From the IMG/VR virus record IMGVR_UViG_3300028275_000007: DNA of 64,000 nt. One strand, 5' to 3'. The position numbers were made by a program, and so were the translations under genes. Below, piece by piece: positions 29,145 through 38,670 of this stretch. The notes below the pieces were generated by a model. The model was not told where the DNA came from. It saw only the letters and a program-made list of their open reading frames with translations, and made no database searches. Within the stretch, counting starts at the first letter, position 1. Each line of letters starts with the position of its first letter. Origin of the DNA: a virus (lineage: Duplodnaviria; Caudoviricetes).

Positions 29145-29489
29145 ATGAAACAGACAATTTTTAGCACTAGCGGCGACGGCTACTGGTCTAACGTTGCAAA
29201 GCCTGTACACGTTACAGATATGCGACTTGCATATGTAAACGACGAAAAAGACTTCGGCGAGCTGCGTGTATACTTTAACACTAAGTTTTGGGATGTAGAC
29301 ACAGACGGTCTCATTTACACAGACGAGGGATTTATGACAGACTTGCGCAACTTCCTCGCGCTGCAGGGTCTTAACAACTTAGACATAGACTATAGCGAGC
29401 AAGGGATGCAAGGCGACAATTACGTTAGCTTAGACGTAGGCGCTGCGTTTATTAGTGCGTGGGATGCAAAGTTTAATTTGTTTGCATAA
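29145..29489 (+). CDS. early hypothetical protein
   Basis: Promoter plus GGAGCG RBS; DYSEQGMQGDNYVS. Confidence 0.75.
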   Translation: MKQTIFSTSGDGYWSNVAKPVHVTDMRLAYVNDEKDFGELRVYFNTKFWDVDTDGLIYTDEGFMTDLRNFLALQGLNNLDIDYSEQGMQGDNYVSLDVGAAFISAWDAKFNLFA

Positions 29490-29564
29490 AAACAACAGGG
29501 GTTGACAGCCCCTGCTTTTGACAGTATAATAAACACTTCAACAACGCAACTAAGGAGCGAAACT

Positions 29565-29918
29565 ATGGAAGCGCAAGCACGTGAGTATTTTGTCCGTCGT
29601 CTTAACGAAGTAGCACAAGAGAAGGTGCAGGCTAAGGCTGTAGAACTTTACGGCGCAAGTGGCCGTCCAGAACAGCCTACGTGGGGTATGGTCTTTGAGG
29701 GCATCCGCTCAGGCGAGATTACCCTTAAAGCAGACAAGGTAGACTACACGGGTCCTTACCTCAACCCTACGGACGTGGAGTGGCCTGCTATGGAAGCAAA
29801 GAAAGCAGAGCTGGAAGCATATCGCAAGTTGGTAGCCGCTGAGAAGCAACGGGCTATGGACGCTGTCTATTTGGACGAGAGCGCACAAGAAGCCCTTAAG
29901 GCATTTGAAGCAATTTAA
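29565..29918 (+). CDS. early hypothetical protein
   Basis: Promoter plus GGAGCGAA RBS. Confidence 0.7.
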   Translation: MEAQAREYFVRRLNEVAQEKVQAKAVELYGASGRPEQPTWGMVFEGIRSGEITLKADKVDYTGPYLNPTDVEWPAMEAKKAELEAYRKLVAAEKQRAMDAVYLDESAQEALKAFEAI

Positions 29919-29980
29919 GGGGTTGACAGGGCCTACGGGCCCTGTTATAATATAGGCTTAGCAACACACAGGAGCGAACA

Positions 29981-30421
29981 ATGGCTACACGAAGCACTAT
30001 TGCAATGGAGCAACCCGACGGCCGCGTAATGCAGATCTACTGCCACTGGGACGGCTACATTGATCACAACGGTCAAATTCTCAGCGAACATTATACAGAT
30101 CGTGCCAAGGTCCTGGCACTCATGCTCTTGGGATCGATCAGCTCGCTGCGTCCTGAGATCGGTGAGCCTCACGACTTCGATGCTCGCTATACCAACGAAG
30201 ATCACCGCAACAACTGGACCTGTGCCTACGGTCGAGATCGTGGTGAGAGCGATACTGAAGCTGCTGTTTTCGCTAACTACGAAGCCTACGTCAAGGATCA
30301 CCAGTACGAGGAATACGAGTATATCTTCCGTTCGGACGATCAGTGGTATGTTTCCGAATACGGACGCCCCTACCGCTTGCTCGCTGCTGTGTTGATGGAA
30401 GCAGAAACCCTAGAAGACTAA
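29981..30421 (+). CDS. early hypothetical protein (YCHWDGY motif)
   Basis: MATRSTIA..IYCHWDGY..YEEYEY. Confidence 0.75.
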   Translation: MATRSTIAMEQPDGRVMQIYCHWDGYIDHNGQILSEHYTDRAKVLALMLLGSISSLRPEIGEPHDFDARYTNEDHRNNWTCAYGRDRGESDTEAAVFANYEAYVKDHQYEEYEYIFRSDDQWYVSEYGRPYRLLAAVLMEAETLED

Positions 30422-30496
30422 GGGTTATTTTTAGGGGTTGACAGGTTGGCTGTTTGATGGTACAATAGAGTCATAGTTAAACAAAACGGAGCGAAG

Positions 30497-31603
30497 ATGC
30501 AGATTACATTCACTGAAGGCTGGTACAACATCAAGGGTCAACCTGTTAACGTTGCAGGACTTACTTTTAATCTTGTAGAAGATTACAAAGTGTCTAAGAA
30601 CGGCGACGGCTATGTTACTGTTGATGGTACTAGTGTAGAGGGCTTCCCTGAGCGCAATATCCGAATCAAGTGCCGTCAGGGCGACTATGCTGTCGCAGGT
30701 ACTGTTCAAGCAACACAAATTCCACAAGGGGTATCAATGCTGACTGCTTTAAAGTCAAAGAGTGCCAAAGGCGCAGAGGTCACCGATTTCACTCAGATCA
30801 AGGTGCCCGATACTGCTGTAGCACACGAGTCCGACGAGGACATCATCGAACGCACTCGTCTGCGCTTTGACATCCTCAAAGATATGACTAAAGCTGTCAA
30901 GAATGGTGATGTACGTGCTATGATCGTCACAGGCCCTCCAGGTGTGGGCAAATCCTTTGGCGTTGAAGAAGTACTTGCCAAAGACGATCTGTTTGATATG
31001 ATGGGTCAGCGTAAGCCCAAATATGAGATCGTCAAGGGCGCAATGTCAGCCATTGGTCTGTACACTAAGCTCTACAAATACTCAGACGCTAAGAACATTC
31101 TTGTGTTCGACGACTGTGACTCAATTCTTTTGGACGACATTGCACTTAACATTCTTAAGGCCGCTTTGGACTCTAGCAAGAAGCGTACCATTTCGTGGAA
31201 CACTGACAGCCGTCTGCTTCGTTCAGAAGGAGTGCCAGATCGTTTCGAGTTCAAGGGTGGTGCTATCTTTATCACTAACTTGAAGTTTGAGAACGTTCGC
31301 TCTAAGAAACTGCAGGAGCACTTGGCGGCCCTAGAGTCACGCTGTCACTATATTGATCTGCGTATGGACACAGATCGCGAGAAGGTACTGCGTATCAAGC
31401 AGATTGTCAAGGATGGTATGTTGGATAGCTACGAGCTGGAGGACATTGCCAAAGATGAGGTTGTCAGCTTCATCGACGACAATCGCGCTACTATGCGTGA
31501 ACTGAGCCTGCGTACTGTGCTCAAAGTCGCAGACCTGCGCAAGAGCTTCCCATCTAACTGGCAGAATATGGCCAAGGTCACTGTTATGAAAGGAATTGCA
31601 TAA
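30497..31603 (+). CDS. P-loop AAA+ ATPase
   Basis: Walker A GPPGVGKS, Walker B ILVFDD, IFITN sensor, SR finger. Confidence 0.85.
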   Translation: MQITFTEGWYNIKGQPVNVAGLTFNLVEDYKVSKNGDGYVTVDGTSVEGFPERNIRIKCRQGDYAVAGTVQATQIPQGVSMLTALKSKSAKGAEVTDFTQIKVPDTAVAHESDEDIIERTRLRFDILKDMTKAVKNGDVRAMIVTGPPGVGKSFGVEEVLAKDDLFDMMGQRKPKYEIVKGAMSAIGLYTKLYKYSDAKNILVFDDCDSILLDDIALNILKAALDSSKKRTISWNTDSRLLRSEGVPDRFEFKGGAIFITNLKFENVRSKKLQEHLAALESRCHYIDLRMDTDREKVLRIKQIVKDGMLDSYELEDIAKDEVVSFIDDNRATMRELSLRTVLKVADLRKSFPSNWQNMAKVTVMKGIA

Positions 31604-31833
31604 TGGATTACCGTCCGCTGACCTGTCAGTGGATTGGGCCCGAACAGGACCCCCGCAAGGGTTCTGTTCACTACTGCGGTAAGCCCAATCTAACTGGAAA
31701 GAGCTACTGTGCTGACCACTTCTACAAAGTATATCAGGGTGGCACTTCAGTAAATGGAAAACGAGCAGAAAAGCTCTTGCAAAAGGAAATCGAGTCTGTT
31801 AAACTAGCAGAAGAGATAGGAGAATTACTATGA
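31603..31833 (+). CDS. GcrA C-terminal-like zinc-binding domain protein
   Basis: TCQWIG..YCG..KSYCADH matches the GcrA pattern C.WPIG..FCG..PYC..H. Confidence 0.6.
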   Translation: MDYRPLTCQWIGPEQDPRKGSVHYCGKPNLTGKSYCADHFYKVYQGGTSVNGKRAEKLLQKEIESVKLAEEIGELL

Positions 31834-32027
31834 GTACCGTAATTAAGATCGCATTGGCATTCTTGCTGATCGTTGTATTGTTGGCGATTGGACCGTGGCT
31901 TGTGATCTGGTCACTGAACACGCTGTTCCCTAGCCTGGCTATTGAATTTGGTTTGGCTACTTGGGCTGCTGTTGTGATCCTAGGAACTTTCTTTCGAGCG
32001 AATGTATCCGTAAAAAGGAAAGATTGA
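31830..32027 (+). CDS. two-TM membrane protein
   Basis: Hydrophobic; GGAG RBS. Confidence 0.6.
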   Translation: MSTVIKIALAFLLIVVLLAIGPWLVIWSLNTLFPSLAIEFGLATWAAVVILGTFFRANVSVKRKD

Positions 32028-32111
32028 GGTTGATTCTTCCAGAGCGTTCTGCTAATATTTAAGAACGCTGAAGAACAAGTAATCAGCTATATTAACTTAA
32101 AAGGAAACAAA

Positions 32112-32384
32112 ATGAAACGCATTTCTAAAGACACCAAGACTTTCAAGGTCTTCAACGCACTTTACAATGGTGCAAAACTTACCCAATCCGAAGCAACTAA
32201 GCGTTTCGGCGTAGGTAACTTGGCTGCTGAAGCAAGCCGCATTCGTCAGCATGGTTACGCTGTTTATGCCAACACTCGTGTTGCTGGCAACGGTGTGACT
32301 GTTACCGAATACGAGTTGGGCCAACCAAGCCGTGAGATCGTAGCACTTGGCTACAAAGCTCGCGCAATGGGTATCACTCTTTAA
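32112..32384 (+). CDS. winged helix-turn-helix-like protein
   Basis: LT..EA.KRFGV.NL.A..SRIR..GY.V..N....TEY; own promoter, biased codons. Confidence 0.6.
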   Translation: MKRISKDTKTFKVFNALYNGAKLTQSEATKRFGVGNLAAEASRIRQHGYAVYANTRVAGNGVTVTEYELGQPSREIVALGYKARAMGITL

Positions 32385-32460
32385 GAGTCGCTCCTAAAGT
32401 AAACGATCCGATTCGCTCCCGGGGACTTTCTTTGAGCCGCTACTACAGCGGCTTTTCTTT
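32385..32460 (+). other. 3'-UTR carrying two anti-GGAGCG sites and a terminator
   Basis: TCGCTCCT 32388-32395, CCG-ATTCGCTCC-CGG 32408-32422, GAGCCGCT/AGCGGCTT hairpin plus T-run. Confidence 0.6.
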
Positions 32461-32565
32461 TGGCTGGATGTTGCAAAAATGCCACACCGGCCGGCACTCT
32501 CCAAACCGGTTGACAACTTGGGCGATCAGCTATATAATAGAGACAGTTAGACAACGGAGCGAAGA

Positions 32566-33207
32566 ATGCAATTCACAGCAGATCAAGTATGGGGCCTGGC
32601 TGTTAGGGCTGATGTTCAAAATGGCGGCTACTGCAAAGAGCCAGTCTATGCTGCTACTGCCACCCACGGGATAGACTACAACACCGTGATCAAGCAACCA
32701 AACAAGGTCTTGGTCAAGCAATGGCTCCGCGACAATGTGCAGCCTACAGCAGAAGAGATCGCTCAGGGACAGCAATATCGCGCACAGATCAACACCTTCA
32801 CCATGAAGCTGCTGACTGGGAAGATCACAGACTTCGAGCAGACTGCTCTCAAGATTGCCCAAAAGGACGAGTTCACGGGCCGTGATATGTTGGACTTCGC
32901 CATTGTCAGCTGCTTGCCCCAGTCAGCTCGCATGGAGCAATCCCGGACGGAGATGAAACGAGAACTGTTCCAAAGTGAGCAACTCCCGGGCGCTGTAGGG
33001 GATACTGTTGTGATCTCTCTGACTGTAATACGTTCGCGTTACAATCCTGAATACAACAAGTTCAAGATCTACGCCCGTGCAGGTGAGTCATTTGTGGACT
33101 TTTGGTTCTCACGTGCTGTAGAAGGTGAACTGCGGGTGAAGGCCAAGATCAAACAGCATCGTGGCGATAAAACAACAGCCCTAAATTATGTGAAAATCAT
33201 CAGTTGA
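32566..33207 (+). CDS. early hypothetical protein (possible C-terminal OB fold)
   Basis: Promoter plus GGAGCGAA RBS. Confidence 0.65.
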   Translation: MQFTADQVWGLAVRADVQNGGYCKEPVYAATATHGIDYNTVIKQPNKVLVKQWLRDNVQPTAEEIAQGQQYRAQINTFTMKLLTGKITDFEQTALKIAQKDEFTGRDMLDFAIVSCLPQSARMEQSRTEMKRELFQSEQLPGAVGDTVVISLTVIRSRYNPEYNKFKIYARAGESFVDFWFSRAVEGELRVKAKIKQHRGDKTTALNYVKIIS

Positions 33208-33281
33208 CAGGTTGGGCACCTGGTGCTACAATAATGATACTGAGAGAGTAATTGTTTTAACTGTTTTTTAAGCGAGGTCTT

Positions 33282-34367
33282 ATGTCAAAGCAAGTAGATG
33301 TTTCCGTTCGCCAAGTTGGTCCTAAAAACGCCAAGAAGGCAATTCGTAAGGCGGTCAATGTTCGCCGTCCAGTGTTCCTGTGGGGTCCTCCAGGCATTGG
33401 TAAATCCGATCTCGTCAAGCAGATCGGTGAAGACGCAGGTCGTGAGGTCATCGACGTCCGCCTAGCACTTTGGGAGCCCACCGACATCAAGGGTATTCCT
33501 TATTACAATGCCGATCAAGGCAAAATGACTTGGGCTCCTCCTGCAGAACTGCCTGTGGACCCAGATAGCAAGGCAATCATCTTCTTGGATGAATTGAACT
33601 CTGCTCCTCCTGCTGTTCAGGCCGCGGCCTATCAGTTGATTCTGAACCGTCGTGTTGGTACCTACGAACTGCCTAAGGGTGTTGACGTAGTCGCCGCTGG
33701 TAACCGTGAAGGTGACCGTGGTGTTACCTACCGTATGCCTGCTCCGCTGGCTAACCGTTTCGTTCACTTGGAAATGAAAGTGGACTTTGATGACTGGCAA
33801 GACTGGGCTACCTTGAACAAGGTGCATCCAGATGTCGTAGGTTATGTAGGCTTTGCCAAGCAAGACCTGTATGACTTCGATCCTAAGAGCCCTAGCAAGT
33901 CATTTGCTACTCCTCGTTCTTGGATGTTCGTTTCTGACCTGCTCAGCGACGACGATGTTGACAACGAGACTTTGGCTACCCTGATTGCGGGTGCCGTTGG
34001 TGACGGTCTGAGCAATAAGTTTATGGCTCACCGTAAGATCGCAGGCAAACTGCCTAAGGCAGAAGACATTTTGGATGGCAAGGTCAAGGACCTGCAGATC
34101 AAAGAAGTGTCTGCGATGTATTCGTTGACTGTTTCACTCTGCTACGAGTTGAAAGACCGTGCTGAGAAGAAGGTCAAGGACTGGGACGGTATGGCAGATA
34201 ACTTCTTTGCCTATATGATGGCTAACTTCCCAACAGAGTTGGTTGTTATGGGTGCAAAGACTGCTCTTACTAACTACGACCTGCCCCTGGACGCTACTAA
34301 GATGAAGTCGTTCGACGAGTTCCACAAGCGTTTCGGCAAGTATGTTCTTTCAGCAATGGAGAATTAA
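33282..34367 (+). CDS. MoxR-like AAA+ ATPase
   Basis: WGPPGIGKS, FLDELN, AAGNR, PLANRF, TPRSW. Confidence 0.9.
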   Translation: MSKQVDVSVRQVGPKNAKKAIRKAVNVRRPVFLWGPPGIGKSDLVKQIGEDAGREVIDVRLALWEPTDIKGIPYYNADQGKMTWAPPAELPVDPDSKAIIFLDELNSAPPAVQAAAYQLILNRRVGTYELPKGVDVVAAGNREGDRGVTYRMPAPLANRFVHLEMKVDFDDWQDWATLNKVHPDVVGYVGFAKQDLYDFDPKSPSKSFATPRSWMFVSDLLSDDDVDNETLATLIAGAVGDGLSNKFMAHRKIAGKLPKAEDILDGKVKDLQIKEVSAMYSLTVSLCYELKDRAEKKVKDWDGMADNFFAYMMANFPTELVVMGAKTALTNYDLPLDATKMKSFDEFHKRFGKYVLSAMEN

Positions 34368-34384
34368 GACCTCGCCCATTGCGG

Positions 34385-34415
34385 GGGTGTTGTAGAAATA
34401 CAACACCCTTTTTTT
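34385..34415 (+). terminator. intrinsic terminator
   Basis: GGGTGTTGTA-GAAA-TACAACACCC plus T7. Confidence 0.9.
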
Positions 34416-34473
34416 ACGGTTGACGCATTGGATTTCCGGTGCTATAATATATACATACTAAGGAGAGCGACTT

Positions 34474-35679
34474 ATGGATCCAATCGTTGAGAAACTAACT
34501 ACTGCACGAGTAGGCCTGCTTTTGAAAGCACCCTTCTTCGGCAATATGGCCACCCGTATGCGTTTGATGGACGCTTCAGACTGGTGCCCTACCGCGGCAA
34601 CTAACGGCCGTGACTTTATGTATAACAAGGACTTCATTAACAAACTGTCTGTTAAGAAGTTAGAGTTCCTGCTGGCACACGAGATCTGCCACTGCGTTTT
34701 TGATCACTTTGGTCGCGTAGGTTCACGTGATCGTATGCTGTCTAACATCGCACAGGACTATGCCGTAAACCAAATCCTTGTAGACGAACGCATCGGTGAG
34801 AAGATCACCGAGGTTAAGATCTGCTACGATCCCAAGTATCGTGGTATGGCTTGGGAAGAAATCTACGATCAATTGTATGAACAAGCAGAGAAGATCCCTA
34901 TGGATCAACTGCTGAAGCAATTGGGTGACCTTTTGGACGAGCACATTAAAGAAGAAGAAGGTGCTGGTAGCCCTGGCGACAAGACCAAAGACGGCAAAGA
35001 GAAGCCTACGCTCAGTAAGGAAGAAGCTGAGAAACTGCGTCAAGAGATCAAAGAGGCTATGATCCAAAGTGCCGCGGCCGCTGGTGCAGGTAAGACTCCT
35101 GCGGGCATTATGCGTATGATCAAGACTATGACTGAGCCTAAAATGGACTGGCGCCAATTGGTTCAGCAAGAGATCCAATCTATTGTGCGTAATGACTACT
35201 CATTCGCTCGCTACAATCGTAAGAGCCAACACTCAGGTGCGGTGCTTCCTGGTATGAAAGAAGCAACTACCATTGACGTGGCTATTGCAATCGATATGTC
35301 GGGTTCGATCGGTGAAGAGGATGCAACTGTATTCCTTTCTGAGATCAAAGGCATTATGGATCAATACGAGGACTTCAAGATCAACCTGTGGTGTTTTGAC
35401 ACAGAGATCTACAATCACCAAAGCATCAGCCACGACAACGCTGAAGACTTGGTTGAGTATGAACCTCAAGGTGGCGGTGGCACAGACTTCGATGTCAACT
35501 TTACCTTTATGGAAGAGAATGACATTCGCCCTAAGAAGTTCATTATGTTCACAGACGGCTATCCCTGCGGTAGTTGGGGTCCTGAGGACTACTGCGACAC
35601 AATCTTTATCGTTAAAGGTAACACATCTGCTCAAGCACCCTTTGGTCAGACTGTTATCTACGAAAAGGAAACGGGCTAA
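34474..35679 (+). CDS. DUF2201-type metallopeptidase plus VWA domain protein
   Basis: TAATNG, AHEICH (HExxH), NIAQDYAVN, IDMSGS MIDAS, GGGTDF, FTDG. Confidence 0.88.
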   Translation: MDPIVEKLTTARVGLLLKAPFFGNMATRMRLMDASDWCPTAATNGRDFMYNKDFINKLSVKKLEFLLAHEICHCVFDHFGRVGSRDRMLSNIAQDYAVNQILVDERIGEKITEVKICYDPKYRGMAWEEIYDQLYEQAEKIPMDQLLKQLGDLLDEHIKEEEGAGSPGDKTKDGKEKPTLSKEEAEKLRQEIKEAMIQSAAAAGAGKTPAGIMRMIKTMTEPKMDWRQLVQQEIQSIVRNDYSFARYNRKSQHSGAVLPGMKEATTIDVAIAIDMSGSIGEEDATVFLSEIKGIMDQYEDFKINLWCFDTEIYNHQSISHDNAEDLVEYEPQGGGGTDFDVNFTFMEENDIRPKKFIMFTDGYPCGSWGPEDYCDTIFIVKGNTSAQAPFGQTVIYEKETG

Positions 35680-35820
35680 CCGGAGTGCCGGGGGTTGTGG
35701 CTAAAAAGCCACAACTTCCTAAGTGGCCCCGCTGCTACGTGTGTGCGTGAATCTAGGTCTTGACAGATAGGTAGATTGGTTGTATAATATAGATATCGTA
35801 ACAAAGTAAGGAGTGATAAA

Positions 35821-35952
35821 ATGCTTAAATTCTTGTTAGGAGTATTTTTAACATTGGCTGTCCTGTACCCTGCTGTTACTAAGACCATCGTTGGTAATGC
35901 TGTTGATACCACCCACACGGTTGTAACTGGAGTTATGGAGAATGCTAAATGA
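35821..35952 (+). CDS. small membrane protein (not in ORF track)
   Basis: Promoter plus AAGGAG; MLKFLLGVFLTLAVLYP. Confidence 0.55.
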   Translation: MLKFLLGVFLTLAVLYPAVTKTIVGNAVDTTHTVVTGVMENAK

Positions 35953-36125
35953 GTAAAGTCGCAGATCTTGCCTATGATATCGAGCAACTGTATATCGAAG
36001 GTCATTCGCCTAAGATGATTGCTCTCATGTTGGAGTGCCCCACAGAGATGGTCTATGATTGGATCGCCGGTAACGGGCTAACCACAGACGATTCCTACGA
36101 TCCGTTTGAGACTGTAAATTCGTGA
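35949..36125 (+). CDS. small protein (not in ORF track)
   Basis: ATGA overlap; MSKVADLAYDIEQLYIEGHSPKMIA (HTH-like). Confidence 0.55.
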   Translation: MSKVADLAYDIEQLYIEGHSPKMIALMLECPTEMVYDWIAGNGLTTDDSYDPFETVNS

Positions 36126-36388
36126 GCAAATTAGAATACTACGCCCGCCCCCTTGTAGCCTTTGATCCAAGGAACAAGATGCACAGACGCTACTACAACC
36201 AATTCCTAGAGCATATGAGTTGGGGTCACTGTCCGGTTCGGTTCATCTGCCCGGAATCTAACGGTTCGGATTTGGTCAAAATGATCCAAACAGAGCTGCT
36301 CAAATACTATGTTGAGAAAGAGTTTAAGGTCAAGAAGAAACCCGCCAAACTCAAAGGTTATCCACATATCGCTAAAAAAACTGGTTGA
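36122..36388 (+). CDS. hypothetical protein
   Basis: GTGA overlap; RPLVAFDP..WGHCPVRF. Confidence 0.6.
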   Translation: MSKLEYYARPLVAFDPRNKMHRRYYNQFLEHMSWGHCPVRFICPESNGSDLVKMIQTELLKYYVEKEFKVKKKPAKLKGYPHIAKKTG

Positions 36389-36435
36389 CACTTTGGCTGA
36401 TCCTTGCTATAATTGACACATAGTTAGGAGAGCGA

Positions 36436-36576
36436 ATGGAATACACCGTGATTTACCCCAATGGCAACTCCCAGAAGTTCTACGTTCGGGCTGTAGCGGA
36501 AATGTACGCCACAATCAACGGCGGCCGTGTTGTAGGAAAACCTGAGTTGAAATTGGTTGACAAATTGGCTGCTTGA
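36436..36576 (+). CDS. 46-aa early protein (not in ORF track)
   Basis: Promoter plus GGAGAGCGAATG; ends LVDKLAA. Confidence 0.55.
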   Translation: MEYTVIYPNGNSQKFYVRAVAEMYATINGGRVVGKPELKLVDKLAA

Positions 36577-36608
36577 TCATACAATAGAACTATGATAAGG
36601 AGCGAACG

Positions 36609-36857
36609 ATGATAACAGAAAAACAGCGTGTTGTAAATGCCCTAAAGGGTTGGCAGTTCGTGCGTGGAACCCATGGTTGCTTGTATGATCGTGGATCCGC
36701 AGACTCCTACTACGGTAGGGCACGTGATCCTCACTACGGTGGAGTGGGAGGCGATTCCGGCGCCCGAGTCTCGGTCAACGACGAGGCTTCAGTGGCTGAA
36801 TACATGGCCGGCTACAACGACAACGAGCGTGATGGTAACAAGAAGGATTGGCGATGA
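36609..36857 (+). CDS. early hypothetical protein
   Basis: HG..YDRGSADSYYGR motif; GGAGCGAA RBS. Confidence 0.7.
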   Translation: MITEKQRVVNALKGWQFVRGTHGCLYDRGSADSYYGRARDPHYGGVGGDSGARVSVNDEASVAEYMAGYNDNERDGNKKDWR

Positions 36858-37051
36858 CCCCTACGGAATTTCAATACATTCAACGAGCCGTCAAGGCCTT
36901 GGAAACACCCATGAGCCTTCCAGAGAGGATTAAGGTGGAACGCACTATGGCCCAGATTCTGAGTCGCTCCGCTGACACTTTGGAACAGAATTTGGTTGAC
37001 AACATCGAAGATCGGTTGTATAATACTAATACTGAAACAGAAGGAGCGTGA
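36854..37051 (+). CDS. hypothetical protein
   Basis: ATGA overlap with the upstream gene. Confidence 0.5.
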   Translation: MTPTEFQYIQRAVKALETPMSLPERIKVERTMAQILSRSADTLEQNLVDNIEDRLYNTNTETEGA

Positions 37052-37052
37052 T

Positions 37053-37676
37053 ATGCCAAATTGGTGCAACAACACATTGACCCTTGAGCACGATGATCCA
37101 GCAATGATTACTCGTGCCAAAGAAGCACTGGATCGTGGAGAGTTCCTGCAGGAGTTCATTCCTGTGCCCAAAGAACTCACAGAAACCATGGCTGGTTCCT
37201 ACGGGGACGGAGACAAGCAGGCCGCATTGGAAGCACAGATGAAGTCCAATGTTGAAAAGTTTGGCTACAGCAACTGGTATGACTACTGCGTCGGCGAGTG
37301 GGGAACCAAATGGGATGTAGGTGGCGATGGACAGACTGATATTCACCCTGATGGTAAGACGCTGTTCACTACCTTTGATTCAGCATGGTCTCCACCCGTG
37401 AATGCTTATCAGAAGTTAGAGCAACTAGGCTTCCGAGTTTCTGCACAGTTCTATGAATCAGGTATGGCTTTTGCTGGTGTATATGAGGACGGCAACTGCG
37501 AGGACTTTAGCCTCGAAGGCATGACTGCTGATGAGATCGAACGGGATTACCCAGAACTAGACGAAGCGTTCTGCATCGCTGAGGCTATCCGTGAGTTCCA
37601 GGAAGAGGAAGAAGAAGAACTCACAGAGTGGATCAAAGATGGTGTTGACAAGAACCTGGAGTTGAAGTCTCTATGA
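37053..37676 (+). CDS. DUF1281/YubB ferredoxin-like domain protein
   Basis: MPNWCNN, NWYDYC..WGTKWD, FDSAWSPP, FYESGMAFAG. Confidence 0.8.
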   Translation: MPNWCNNTLTLEHDDPAMITRAKEALDRGEFLQEFIPVPKELTETMAGSYGDGDKQAALEAQMKSNVEKFGYSNWYDYCVGEWGTKWDVGGDGQTDIHPDGKTLFTTFDSAWSPPVNAYQKLEQLGFRVSAQFYESGMAFAGVYEDGNCEDFSLEGMTADEIERDYPELDEAFCIAEAIREFQEEEEEELTEWIKDGVDKNLELKSL

Positions 37677-37987
37677 CAATGACTGTGGTCAAAATGGACC
37701 GACGCTATGACGGGCACGATCGCTTCAGTCATAGAGTCGAGTTCACAGGCTATCAGCCACATGGCCAGAAGCAGACTCGAATTGCACAATGGGTTCGAGC
37801 TCGCAACTGGCTGTGGCAACAGTTTGGTCCTTCAGGAGAATTGTTCTGCGCCCGGCCCACTTACTTCGATGGACATCAGCCGGTTTGGGCCTGGGATGCA
37901 GAGAAATCATCGCTGTATCTGAGCAAGGAAGCCTACACGATGTTTATGTTACGCAAGGAATTTTGGGAAAATGTCGAGAACCTTTAA
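37673..37987 (+). CDS. hypothetical protein
   Basis: Coupled ORF. Confidence 0.6.
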   Translation: MTMTVVKMDRRYDGHDRFSHRVEFTGYQPHGQKQTRIAQWVRARNWLWQQFGPSGELFCARPTYFDGHQPVWAWDAEKSSLYLSKEAYTMFMLRKEFWENVENL

Positions 37988-38177
37988 CTATCGATTAGAA
38001 GTCATCTGTGGAGGTTCAGGCACAGCGGACGAGGTCCGGGTCGAGGAAATGCTCGATTTGGCCTTTCAGGATCTGGTCTATGACGACGAGTTTATCGCCG
38101 CCCTAGACGAGAAAGAGTCTGTGACCATTCGAGTGTCTAAATTGGACAACCGAATGGTTGACAGAAGTGGCACTTGA
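37971..38177 (+). CDS. hypothetical protein
   Basis: Coupled ORF, acidic. Confidence 0.55.
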   Translation: MSRTFNYRLEVICGGSGTADEVRVEEMLDLAFQDLVYDDEFIAALDEKESVTIRVSKLDNRMVDRSGT

Positions 38178-38240
38178 TGCTACATTTATAACATACCAAA
38201 AAGGTATATTTTTTAACACACACAGAAAGAGGTAATTTAA

Positions 38241-38552
38241 ATGGCTACAGATAAGAAGTTTGCGGTTGCTGGTGTTTCCACTCAAGCAGGTAAGACCAAG
38301 GTTCGTTTCGCTAATGACGTGATGCGCATCAAGATCCTTGCCAAGAATGGTCACACTGACATCAACCTCGTGGATCTTCCACGTGAAATGACCAAGGCTG
38401 AGATTGGTGCCTATATGGTCGAAACTGGCTTTGGCAAGGGCAATGCTGCTGTAGAAGCTGCTGTTGCTTACATTGTCAAGAAGAACCCTTTGGCCACAGC
38501 TGCCAAGGTAAGTAAGACTACTGTCGCGAAGACAGAAGCTATCGCCGAATAA
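38241..38552 (+). CDS. probably highly expressed small basic protein
   Basis: Own promoter, GAGG RBS, strongly biased codons, A/K-rich tail. Confidence 0.7.
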   Translation: MATDKKFAVAGVSTQAGKTKVRFANDVMRIKILAKNGHTDINLVDLPREMTKAEIGAYMVETGFGKGNAAVEAAVAYIVKKNPLATAAKVSKTTVAKTEAIAE

Positions 38553-38621
38553 ACCCGATTCGCTCCCGGTATCGGCGGTCTTAACACCCTACTGTATACA
38601 CGTACAGTAGGGTTTTTTTTG
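38553..38621 (+). other. 3'-UTR with anti-GGAGCG hairpin and terminator
   Basis: CCGATTCGCTCCCGG 38555-38569 (identical to 32408-32422); ACCCTACTGTA/TACAGTAGGGT plus T-run. Confidence 0.65.
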
Positions 38622-38670
38622 GTTGACAACTGGCGTTTTTGAATATATAATTAAACAATAGGAGAGCGCG

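Noticed and set aside
36961-36970. Extra GAGTCGCTCC match to the anti-leader
   Set aside because: It lies inside a coding sequence without the CCG/CGG stem; probably coincidental.
32385-38569. GGAGCGAA on the minus strand as an RBS for antisense genes
   Set aside because: No start codon or ORF follows at a proper distance at either site; both lie between a stop codon and a plus-strand terminator.
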